Source of the DNA: Vairimorpha necatrix
Lineage: Eukaryota
Assembly (NCBI GenBank): GCA_036630325.1
Contig: CP142726.1
Span: 496,001-560,000, forward strand
DNA: 64,000 bases
Reading direction: 5' to 3'
Positions within the stretch are counted from its first letter, which is position 1; every line of letters starts with the position of its first letter. Below are positions 13,177-24,965 of this stretch, in pieces. The position numbers and the translations under genes are program-made. The notes under the pieces were generated by a model that saw only the letters and a program-made list of their open reading frames with translations, had not been told where the DNA came from and did no database searches.

Positions 13177-14479
13177 GGCGCTACTTAAAAATTCGCACCC
13201 CCCTAAAAAATACGTTCACTGAAAAAAAATTATTTGGTATAAAATGAGATAAAATCAAATTTTAAAGGATTTTTTTTCCGGGGGGGGGGGGTGCGAATTT
13301 TTAAGTAATGGTATTTTGAACGTGAAATTTTTTTATTTTATCTATCCCTTATAATGAACAGGATGATGGACGAAATGCTTCAATTCAATCCATACAATCC
13401 TATTTTCACTGATAATGACAGGGCAATCGACTACGGATTGAAGAACAACTTGTTATATCCTTGTATTCCCTGTACTAATGATCAGTGCAAAGGAATTATG
13501 TTTATTCAAAACATATCTTTGTTTTCTCAAGGAAAGGGGTACAAATGTAGCAAAAAAATTTGTAAACGAAGATGTTCATTAAATAAAGGTTCTAAATTTG
13601 AATCTTTAGATATTGAATTTAAAAAAATTCTTCGTTGCATTTATTGTTGGTGTCTGTCATATACTAATTTTCAGGCCATCAACATGTGTGAAACTTCTGA
13701 ACCAACATATATTTCTGTAAAAGAAATAATAATGGAAACAATTTCCAAGTGTTCTACTGTTGTTACAACGATAGGTGGAGTTGGTCAGAGGATACAAATA
13801 GACGAAACAGCTATTTGTAATGGAATTATAGTATCGAATCCGTCTAGTCGATTGGATTCTGAACCTGGAATTCAGTGGATAATAGAAGTTGTATTGGAAG
13901 GAAATTGTAGAGAGTTTTTTGTGGAACTAATACCCAATAGAAAATGGGAAACGATTTTACTAATATTAAAAAAAATATGTAAAAGTAGGCACGGATATAG
14001 TAACTGATGGTTATCCATCCTATCCACGTGCTATAAGTGAATTTGGTTCTCACCATAGTGTGGTAAATCACTCTATGGGATTTTGTAATGAAGAAGGACA
14101 AAATACAAATTATGTAGAAAATATGTGGTCGCATCTTAAGCATGACTATAGAAAGCGTGGAGGAATAAATAAAATAAGAATTAAATGTTGGTTAGATGAG
14201 TTTAAATGTTAAAATAAAATATAGAATATTCAAAACCATTTACAATCAAATTAGCCTTCGTAAAAATAATTGATATTTTTTCTATGTTAAAGTAATTAAA
14301 TTTTTGAACTTATAATATGTTATAACTGTTTTTTTAAATATTTTAACTTTTGTAAATTCATATTTTCATAAAAATAATGTTTTAAATATAATTTTAAGGG
14401 TTAAAAATATTTTTTTTTTATATAAATTTAATTGGTCAATGTAATTTTTTTAGGGGGGTGCGAATTTTTTAGTAGCGCC
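13177..14479 (+). mobile_element. Full-length Merlin element
   Basis: ~34-bp TIRs GGCGCTACT(T/A)AAAAATTCGCACCCCCCTAAAAAA; exact 8-bp TSD AAAAATTT (13169-13176 / 14480-14487). Confidence 0.95.
13354..14295 (+). pseudogene. Merlin/ISXO2-like DDE transposase, frameshifted near 13970 and broken near 14210
   Basis: N-terminal Cys cluster and QIDETA, then TDGYPSYP, VVNHS, TNYVENMW in another frame. Confidence 0.9.
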
Positions 14480-14559
14480 AAAAATTTCTAATTCAAATTG
14501 AAATTTTAAAATGCACCATGTTATCATTTTATGATAATGCGTTAAACATTGAGATTTTA

Positions 14560-14855
14560 CCGGGAAGCTTGCCAGTAACAAGAAAGTATTCAATAATGCT
14601 ACGGGTTGGCTGTCGTGAAAACTGGAGTTTATATGGATAGAAGGCAAAGATTGTTTTGTTAAATTTAGAGTATGGGTTTTCTGAGTCGAGAAGGAAGAGT
14701 GTTTCCTTTTATTAGCATGTAGTATTATGTTATGAATGGAATTCCTTTATTTATACTACAGAGTAACCAATAGAAGCAAATATGATAAAACTAAACAATC
14801 ATAGCCGAACATAAATGATTGTTCCGAAGAAGCATCTTCAGTTTAGTTGGTATTA
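14560..14855 (-). repeat. Dispersed ~300-bp repeat, copy 2
   Basis: Same orientation as, and alignable with, 7760-8065. Confidence 0.7.
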
Positions 14856-14899
14856 GTTATTTATAAATCATGTGGTAAATTCCATTTTACAACAATCGG

Positions 14900-15570
14900 A
14901 AACATTAAACATAGAGTTAAACCGATTATTGAACAAAATTGCTATTTCAACCTCTGGTCTATAGTAAAATGAACTTATTTTTAACTTTTTCGCTTAATTT
15001 GTAGCCCCAAAATACTTTTTTAATATCACATTATCACTATAACAAAATCATCGATAGAATTTTATACACATTTTTTGTCAATTCTTAAGAGATATTTTCC
15101 GTCTACCATAGATTTTTCGATGCCCAAACTCAATATTCAAGTCTTCATTGGTAATTTTTTCATCGTTAGACTGCTTTAAACGTATTATATCCCTTTATTC
15201 CTTAAAGAAATCAAATGGAGATTTTTGTTTTGTTGCAGAATGTACTACGATGTTTTATTAAAAAACAACTGGGGTAAAATTATGACCAAGTTTTAATTAT
15301 TTGGACCAACTCTGCTTAGAGATGTTTTTGTCTTATCGAGTAAGAGTTTAATTTAACCTCGCAACTTAGTTTTGATTCTGAGGGTGTCTGGGTCGCCATG
15401 GACTAGTAATTTTTATTCTATGTGCAGAATTCGAACAGAAGAAAATTTTTAAATTCTCTACCATTATCACACTGAAGTTCACTTGAAAGCCTATACCGAT
15501 ATAAAACACAGTTCAAATGTAGTAAAACCCCCGTTCCCGTTTTAGATTTTATAACACCAGTAAAAGTATC

Positions 15571-15606
<36 letters not shown>

Positions 15607-16100
15607 CTGTTAGTAACCAACTATGTCCTTTGTTTTTGTCGGCATAACCCTTCATATCTAACAGGTCGACGATAACCCCCAAAGAGCCCTTAAGCAAATA
15701 TATACTTATATGTTTTAGTTGTATTTATAGTTTGCTCCAGTATTCAAACATCGCACTCTTTGCAAACCTCTTGCATAAAATTTCGTGGAAATTGCAAGAA
15801 GAATTACTGGCACAACTTATATAAATGATTGTCCATGGTGATATTTACTATGTAGAGTTTATATTTACAATTTTATAAACTGTACCATACTCTCTACAAC
15901 TACCCTTTCAAGCAATCCAGAAACATTTCTCAGAAAGAGTATATATCTACAAGAGGAACTTTTTGGCTTTTAGCCCATACCCCTTATATTTGTCGATTTT
16001 TGGCCAAATCATTTCCTTGCAGTAATTAAACAAGAAGATCATCCTCTTCTTAAGTTTTGATTCTTTCATTAAAGAGATTAATAAATTATTTATAAAATAA
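14900..16100 (-). mobile_element. Decayed LTR retrotransposon fragments
   Basis: CA|TGGCGACCC (LTR end plus PBS-like) on the minus strand near 15390-15399; CKECDV integrase-zinc-like remnant near 15750. Confidence 0.3.
15574..15605. repeat. (TA)n microsatellite
   Basis: Direct reading. Confidence 0.95.
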
Positions 16101-17541
16101 GTTCGTCCATTTTTATATTTTACTATTTTTTATCGCTCGGCTGTTTAGTTCAGTGGTTTGTCTTGTGGTTTTATCCTGCAAACATTTGATTCGAGTCGCA
16201 TGTGTGTAAATTTACGTACAAAAATAAAAAAGTTTTCTGTAAATATTATTGATCAATATTGGTATAAAATTATGAAAATATATTTTATAGAATATAAATA
16301 AAAAAATGATCTAAAACATAAGAGAAATGCCAGTAACAAAATCGGCTCGAAACCCCATGAGAGCTTGCGATGTTTTTAAAAAGTTATTTTGTTTCTTTGA
16401 TATTTTATATCTTTCAAAACAATTTTTTTTCATTGTAGGCATGTTGTTCTAATATCCAAATATAAGTTTAGAATAAAAGATACCTTCTAACTTGGAAATA
16501 TATATAACATGGCGGAGAATACATAAAACAAAGATACCATAAAGTCATAAGCTAACCTATTTACATTAATCTTTTAAAGAAATTAAGCCAAAATTAGCAG
16601 CTTATAATTGCAAAACGTTTCTAAATTATTATCAGATGAGAACAATCAGAAAGATCTTTACGAAGCTTTAATAAATTTTCATAGCCATAAGCAGTACGGA
16701 ATAATTTTCAAAAAATAGGCCACGAAGAATAAAAGGAATTTATGTTTGCTAATTTGAAAGTAAAGGTTTTAAAGGATAACTCTTAAAAAAGTTTCGGAGG
16801 AAGGAAGAAACTTGTTTTGAATTTTTATAGATAATGAGAAATTTTTGAACCACTATAATTGAGGTTAAGAAATGATCTTGTTAATTGTTCTTTATTGGGT
16901 TGCGTAGGATGTTCGAAGAAATTGAAAAAGATACTATAGATTTTTTAAAATTACTGAGTTTTTTTTTGAAATATTTAAGATCAGAAGAAATAAAATGAAG
17001 CAATTTATAGGAAGAAATCTAATAAATTCTCAATAAAAAAAATGAGTAACAATTTTTTAAAACATTGATGAAGTATTTAAAAACAATTACCCATACAAAA
17101 GTGGTGTGCTACACAGGAATGCGGCCTGTATAAAGTATTATTCTTTAGAACTATCGGCTCTGTCGTCGGTCACTGGCAGGGGTTTGCAAGTTTCAACATT
17201 AATATTTTTATTTTCCGAGTCATCCTTGAAATTACATAGTGTTAGAGATAAATATTTTAAAAATACGCAGAAGGGGAAATATTTGAAATGCATAAAATAC
17301 ATCTTTTAAGAATTGAGATGTTTATGTGGCTGTGATCCCACAAAAAGATTTCAGCCTTTAAACTATATTGATACAGGCTTAGAATAAAATATTTTTAAGT
17401 ATAAAATTTTAAATAATTATAAGGAAAATTTTTGCAAACTCAAGAAACTAATTAGTCTTTATACCTGCTTCTAGAAGTTTGGATTGAGAATATGTATGGT
17501 TGTTTTTTTTTACTACAAATAAAACTCTTAAAGAGCAAAAT

Positions 17542-17564
17542 TATATATATATATATATATATAT
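17542..17564. repeat. (TA)n microsatellite
   Basis: Direct reading. Confidence 0.95.
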
Positions 17565-17699
17565 CCGAAAACGACGGACTTAATATTCATCATAGGAAGA
17601 ATTTTTTTTCTCTGATTTTAGAAGGTTGAAAAAAAACAGAAATTTGTAGTCATAATAAAGAAATTTTTTGCTTTGTATGGAAACCAGAAGGAATAAAAA

Positions 17700-19600
17700 A
17701 TTCGTAGAAGAATCGACATTAAAAAACAGAAAAAAGATTGTCGGAAGTTCATGTAGAATTCATTTGCTTGGGAAAAGAAAATAAAATTTAAAATAGAGAT
17801 TAGTACATAACAAAATCATAGAGTGTCTAGTCCTACGTGGGTTAAAAATATGAAAGCTGATTAGAAAAGATATAGCGTTTGATTAACTTTTAATATGATT
17901 TTACCAACAAAATAGTACAATAAAATAGTAATACGTTGCCTAGAATTGAAGATCTAATAAATCAAAAGTTAAAAGAAAATATTTTCATAAAAATATTAGT
18001 TAGAAGCATTTTTCAGGTAATATTACATGTTGCTGACAGAAAAAGGGCTTTTAAAATCAAAAATATAACATATGAATATGTAGAAATGCCAATTGATTTT
18101 TTTATTTTTTAGTAATGTTTTATGTGATAATAAGTTCTAAATGATTAAATTGACAAGACAAGTTTTACATATGCCTATGTTGCTTTTTCCAAAATTATTG
18201 AAATACAGATAAAATTTTAGCAACCGTTGTTAAAAGCTTTATAGAGCAGGCTTTTTTATACGAATTAAGAAAAAATAACACTTTAAAAAGAGAAAGTTAA
18301 ATTGTTGCATAAATTTTCATACCAAAAAATACGACTTAAATTAGACTAAACAAAAGTAACCAGTACGCACAAGACACTAGAGAATGCAAATGGCATATTT
18401 ATTGATAAAAGTTGATGTTCTTAAAAATTTTTCAATTAAATTGTGGAGATATTTGTAATACTTTGATACGTTTGTTAAAGAAAAATCGAAACTTTGTGTG
18501 GGACGAAACCTTTAAAAGGCATTGAACAGCTTAAAAAAATATTAAAAATATAAATATGTTTATACCAATCATATAAAATATAGTTTTTTTAAGATCGATG
18601 CGTCAAACATGGACTAGGCGCAATACAGGGCCAGATTTGTGTTGGAAGAAAATAACCGACAGCATTTGGATCAAGACAACACGGAGAAGCAGAACTATAA
18701 AGACTATTACTAAGAAGTATATGTTGTTTTTATTTTGGACCATCAAACACTAAAATATTAATTACTTTTTGGAATTTTACAATATAGAAAGATTACAGAG
18801 CACACCAAGCGGCCAACACAGACAGCGAAATTAAGTATTTACGAACTATTTATAAGGTAGGGAGTATCCGGATATATGCTTTGAATCATGAAATCCAAAA
18901 ATCAATCGAGAATATACAATTTTGAAGAATCGAGAAATATAAAGAAATGAATTAAATAATAAGCTATCTAATCAAGAACACAGTAATTTGTTCATATAAA
19001 GATTAGATACAAAAATACCAAAGGCAGTCAAAATTTTAGCTGTATTTAAGACTGGGCATACTATATAACAATACATATTTAATTAATGTCGTATGTAAGG
19101 TCAATAAAAGGACATCGCCCAGTTTAGTAAAATAAAAAAAATAAATCTTGTCTATATGTAGAGGAAAAGGAGGAAATAACTAGAGCGTGCACGTTGAGAA
19201 TTGAATATCCAAAGATATATTTTATAAAAAAATGCCTCTAACTTCAATATATCTATTAAGACACGTATAGCAAATTAATTTGGGCAATCCTTTTGCATTT
19301 ATAAACTTATTGAAAAGTTGTCTTATGTTTGTTTATTAGCGCATTGAAATATCATTAATTAATCTTTGACTAACGATACTTTTGATATATGCTCTTGTGA
19401 TGTAGTTATTAACATCACAGTTATAGTACAAACAAAAGGACCCATCAATATGTTAAACAATAAAGAAAGCCGATATTTTTTCTTAGGACGTAAAAAAAAT
19501 TTAAGATGATAAAGAACATATGTTAGGAAAATGTAAAAATATAGACATCAAAGTTCTTTTTTTTATATACTCAAGCGTAGATTATACATATCTTATATGA
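17700..19600 (+). mobile_element. Heavily decayed Ty3/Gypsy pol remnant
   Basis: LPRIEDLI, FFQV.L..ADR, YEYVEMP (RT) and DASN.GLGAI, PTAFGSRQ..EAE (RNase H) in Gypsy order, with many stops. Confidence 0.75.
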
Positions 19601-20061
19601 AGATTTAGGTTCTATGTTTAGACTGAAAATATGATAGAACAATAAAATATATATAAATAATTGTTTCATATGGGATTATATTAACTTAACCCCACTGCTG
19701 ATAAAGAATGATGTGAAATGAAGACATTCAAACTGTGAAGCTTATGATCACGAATTTTTACACAGTAATTTAAACACGTAAAGAGTTTTTTAAGACATTA
19801 AACATGGAATGTCAATATTAATTCAAGAAAAAATAATAAATGCTTAAAAATAACAAAATTAATTCTCACATGTTTCAGCCTTTATCTTTATACTTATTCT
19901 ACTTTTCCCACAAAACTCAGTATTACTCGTCTAAAATATATTCAACAGAAGTTTTGGTGTTTATTAATGATGTTTTTATAAGAAAGTTAAATGATTAAAG
20001 TAGGAGTCAAAGAGAAACGTAAACATATGGAACAGTACTCTTAAAATAGTTTTACTTTGTT

Positions 20062-20643
20062 GGTACATGACCGTTTGTAACCCACATTGACAATAAAAAA
20101 AGGGAAATAAAAAAAATTATAAAAAAGACTTTACAATTTTTTTTAAATAGTAAAAGAAGATATATAATACGTCGATTTTTCAGTTTAAAATACCAGAGGA
20201 ACTATAAAAGGTTCTCAAAGTGTTCGTCCTGGTTCGTTACATGTATAGACCGCATATTTCTTTGAAAAGAACACCAAATCTCTTAATTGTATGTTTTTGT
20301 GTCTCGAAGTTGTTGTAGTTTACTAAATTGACTCGTGATTCGCAGTCCTGTACTACATTTCAGTAATTTGTACAATGCAGCATCATACACTTTTTTGAAC
20401 CGATCACATTAGAACTAGAAATACATTATCCTGTATCACTATTAGGAGAAAGCAGCATTTCTACTACCCAAAGGACGTTTAAGGCACACACTGGTTCTGT
20501 ATTTTGCAAGTTTTTAGAAAAAACTCTATTTTATTCCATATTCATAAACACCCCTTTTTAAGAAATGTTGTTCTTACCAATTTTGTTGTTTTTTTAAAGA
20601 AGTCCTTTCAAATTTTCAACGCGAGATCCAAACGGCCATATAA
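20062..20643 (-). mobile_element. Short Merlin element, same family as 8508-9173, opposite orientation
   Basis: TIR GGTACATGACCGTTTG; exact 8-bp TSD ACTTTGTT (20054-20061 / 20644-20651); internal GTGTTCGTCCTGGTT...CATGTATAGA matches the reverse complement of ~8945-8980. Confidence 0.85.
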
Positions 20644-23088
20644 ACTTTGTTTTATGACCGATTTTAAAAGATAAATTGTTTGTAAGAACACAAAATTGTC
20701 ATTTTATAAATTAGTATATATTTAGAAACCATAATTATTAGTAATAATAAATTTTATATTTGTAATTCAAAAGTATTTCGTAAATCGATTTTTCCATACT
20801 CTTTATAGGTAAATTTAATCATGCTTATTAATTTCATTGATATATATATATATATAAAGAACACGAAACGGAACTGGCACGAAATAATTTTATACATGTT
20901 ATAAATTTAAAAAATTAATTGTAAGACGTCTGTTATTGAAACGTAATATAAAACACAAATTGATTGCCCCAATATGTCAGTCTATTGCTCATATTATCAT
21001 TTTTATATATAGCAAAACAAGGTTTCTAATAATCAAATAATTGTTAAAAAAAGTTTTTTTAATTGGTAAGTATTTAGTTTAAGCCTCAATTTTGCGGGAA
21101 TACAAATAATATATAGGAATATGTAGAAAAATTAAATGAGCAAATAAAAAAAACATGATATGCGTACAATAACTAGTGTATAATTTTATAATGATTATTG
21201 AGGTTAAATTAAAAAGTTTCATACTACTTTTTAATATATTTAAATATTCACTTTCGTAGGTTAAATCCCAATGTTTTTATTTAATTCATTTATTAAAGAT
21301 TGTTTTAAACAACTTAAAAATATAAAAATTGCGAACTACAATATAAAATAAATTTTAAGAACTTTGGCCGTTAAATATTTTAAAAAAATGTAAGAATTTT
21401 CCTTAACCTTTTAAGTGGAATTTATAGATAATCACTAAGCACATAAATATTGGAATACCTCAAATACATGCACAAAATTGTTCATATATTGTTTTTATTG
21501 CGTTTGAAAAAATATATTAGGGCGCTAAACTTAATGTCTACATCAATAATTTATAGGTGCCATGTCAATGATTCACTTAATTAGACTAGATTAAATTAAT
21601 TCACCATACACCTCTAGTCTTCGAGAAGCGAGATAACCTTAGATCGGGCATAAATTTAATTTCATAGAAAAAAAAGTATCAATAGGTGTTGAGGCAATAA
21701 AATCTGGTTATTTTACAAAAAAAATGCTAATTTTAACTGTACAACGCAGCAAAACATATGGTTAATTCCTTACTTAAGAAGGTAACAATATTTTCTAAAA
21801 GGAATTAAAACTTGTGATAAAAATACGGTGAAAATGATGAATAGTTTAAAAATAATCCCGTATTTATCTTTTATGAAAGAAAACTCAAAAATATTACTGG
21901 TCACTAAATACCATTTTTTGATTAAATTATTATTTATTGAAACAACTACATGGAACTCTAACAGTTTTATGTAAGATAATATAAACATGCAGAATTCCTT
22001 TTAAATGTTTAAATCCCTTATATTCAATCCTTCCGATGATTTCATCTATAAAGAATACGGCAGAAAAAAGAAAATTATTTGTATTACAGGAATGGCTTCT
22101 ATTAAAATGGTGAAAATGCAATATCAATTACATTTAAAAGACTAGAAACTATCAATAAAATATTCTGCATAGACTAAATAAATATACAGCATACTTTTGT
22201 TTCACAATATATTATTCTTAAATAAAATGCTTCTACGAATTATTTATATTTTGTATGTGTGGTATATATTACCACATCATTTCTATTTTAGTTTATTTCC
22301 CCTCAAAAAGAATTTTCTAGAATTTATTTTCCTATACAAATTTTCTTTTATATTTGAGCCTAGCTAAAATGTTGAAAAAACAGAGAAGTATCACAAACAG
22401 CGTCAATAACAGCTGTATTCTTAGAAGAGAGAAAACAATGTTGATGAAGGCTATTTAAATAAAACCAATTTTATTAAAAACAATACTCTAGCACTCGGAA
22501 GAAGCATCATAGAATGTTATTTAAGTATAGCTAACACCAGGGAATGCCGGAGTATGAAAACATAAATATCTTCTAAAATTAATTTTTGGTAATTTATAAC
22601 GATAATGTTGGCATTATATTATTTGTATGACCTCATTTTTAATATTCCAATAACCTTATTGTTGCATAGAATTGATCAGTATTAATTTGGAATAACATAT
22701 TTTGTTGATACTTTTCTCAATTATTCTCAAAAAATTGATATTCTTTTATTCATTTTCAATGCATCACAATTTTTCGACAGTCGATAAAAATATCACAAAT
22801 GGCGGAGTATACCACAAAACGGTAAACTGCCAAAACGACGTGCGTCGTGAAGCATATAAAAAATAAATAAAAATACGTTTTATATTTTTTATTATAGTTA
22901 GTTGATTGTCGCATTGTTATGATTGTTATATATACAACTGATCGTTTGTTTTGTTGTCTAAAATGACTAATTTCGAATTCTCTCAGTTTTTTTTATCATT
23001 GAGAAAATTATTACATTTGAATTTTCTTAAATTTTAATTCTGTTTACTTTCTCCTCCTTTTTATTTTTGTTTTTTTTTCACCCCTTAA

Positions 23089-23545
23089 ATGGACTGGATA
23101 ACTTCTTCGATTCTTCTCTAAAAGCAAGGACAGAAAGATTCCGAAAAGAACTCGCCCAAAGAAAGGGCGCAATTCTTTCTATTCACAAAAGCCTAACATT
23201 GCTATAACCAGGCTAAGAAGAAAGTAAAGAAGTCTACTTCTACTGTTTTAAAATAGATGTAATTTTACCAAAACTGCACTCTATTTCATGTAGTTGCCCC
23301 TTTCATCAGGACTGTTTTGAATAATTGTTAGTTAAGGGGGAAATTTACTAATATATATTCTCAACATACGCGCTAAATTTAGAACAAAGTGATGTGATTG
23401 TCTTTACTCCCTTCTACGACCACAACTCAGCTAACAAAATAAAAGTGAATTTTTATGTTAATAACCATGGTCTGTGCTATACTCTTTCGCGTCTTACTAA
23501 CCCTTCTTGTATTAAGTTTTTACGGTTCTTTCTTCTCCTGTTATA
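23089..23545 (+). pseudogene. Decayed histone H3-like gene, paralogue of 52784-53213
   Basis: CCCC..ATG start; identical 20-mer CTACTTCTACTGTTTTAAAA (23234-23253 vs 53074-53055); STSTVLK*M*FYQ and VCAILFRV remnants; shared upstream TGTTTACTTTC and TGACTAAT. Confidence 0.6.
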
Positions 23546-23689
23546 ATATATATAGTCCATAAGCCTAAAATTTTTCTTTACACGTGTCGTCATAACAATG
23601 GAGTCGAATTATACGTCTATCTCATTCTTCAACTAAAACACAGTTCCTTTTTGGTTTTTTATATATTTAAGTCTCTCTGGATTTTTGGA

Positions 23690-24118
23690 CACTTGTGGTT
23701 CAGCTGCCCTAACATAACACCTTTAAATGTGAATAGTGGGATGTACCACTACACACAATCGAGACATTACTTATGCCAGTTCTGCTTACAGTCAATACTG
23801 TTCCTCTGCTACTCCTCATAGCTCCTCTACCTCTTCACCTATCCTGGCCCATCGGCAGATGCAACATCGCCTTCTCTTCTGTTAGACAACCAACTATCCC
23901 CATTCTAACCTCACTGCATCTTTTCACGTCTCGTGCCTTGACGAAACTTTCAACATTTATTTTGTTTTTTGTTTAGGTCCGATAATTTTTCTTCTCCGCC
24001 ATGTTAAAATAATTGTAAGTAAAAGGTTAAATTTATTATATATATTCTTAACAAGGACAATTTCGAGTTATTCTAAAAATATAATGAATACACAAATATT
24101 TAAATGCCTCGGCTTACA
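23690..24118 (-). mobile_element. 5' remnant of an LTR retrotransposon (putative ~117-bp LTR at 24002-24118, PBS, decayed gag)
   Basis: Minus strand TGTAAG...TTAACA followed by TGGCGGAG and purine-rich RGRG-type sequence. No partner LTR seen. Confidence 0.45.
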
Positions 24119-24321
24119 TCACTGTCTCTTGTGATATCACCAGTTGTATTCGAGACGCATCTTACTTCTTTGATGAAGATTTCTAATTAAGGAAATAAGC
24201 AACCGAAGAGGGTGACTTATCGTATAGTTTTTTAAACCAACGACAAAGTAAAAAGGATTACCAGAACATGGGAGATGAATATAGTTTAGAATATTTATAA
24301 TTGTATATTTTTATTACCTTA

Positions 24322-24370
24322 TGTTATAATCAGTAATAATATTAAACCCCAATTATGTTAAGCACTTATA
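24322..24370 (+). repeat. 5' LTR (49 bp, TG...TA)
   Basis: Identical to 27414-27462. Confidence 0.93.
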
Positions 24371-24930
24371 TGGGGGCGATACCTAAAGAAGAGTTCACAA
24401 GAGAGGACTGTGGCCAAGTGGTCAGAAAGAGGTTACAGGAGTTAGAGCGTACATTGTATGAATTGGATTTGAGAGATGTGGATAGAGAGAAATGGAAGAG
24501 TGAGCTGTTCAAGTTGGCTTCGATGGATTTAAAAGATTTTATTGTGAGAAATATCAAAAAGGAAGAAAATATTGAAGGAATAAGGAAGAAGCTATTGTTA
24601 AGGATTAAGGAAGTAGAGGAGGAAGAAAAGATATATAAGGAAATGAGAAAAATTATTTCTAGGACTATAAATGAAGAAATTAGTAGAGAACAACCAAGAC
24701 AAAAATCGAGAGTACCGAGATGCTTCTATTGTGATAGACAAGGGCATAGGGTGTTTGAATGCAGACTGAAGATTAATAGAGATAATTATTATAAAAAGAA
24801 TAACAAGGATAACAGTTGCAAAATGGAAGTAGGTAGTGAATCAGAGTCAAGTCAGGAGCGAGATTTTAGAAGATCAAAAAGAGGACTTAGAGTCAAATTT
24901 GAGAAAAATCAAAAAGAATATGCCGTTTAA
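24355..24930 (+). CDS. gag: Short Gag with CCHC zinc knuckle; ATG lies inside the LTR
   Basis: CFYCDRQGHRVFEC; N-terminus similar to the ORF at 39220. Confidence 0.85.
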   Translation: MLSTYMGAIPKEEFTREDCGQVVRKRLQELERTLYELDLRDVDREKWKSELFKLASMDLKDFIVRNIKKEENIEGIRKKLLLRIKEVEEEEKIYKEMRKIISRTINEEISREQPRQKSRVPRCFYCDRQGHRVFECRLKINRDNYYKKNNKDNSCKMEVGSESESSQERDFRRSKRGLRVKFEKNQKEYAV

Positions 24931-24965
24931 GAGGAGAGTAAGAGAATCAGATTAAATTTAGATAA

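Noticed and set aside
14785-14850. Hammerhead-like CTGAAGA...GGAAC on the minus strand (Penelope-type)
   Set aside because: Stem II cannot form, the core is broken differently in both repeat copies, and conservation looks protein-level.
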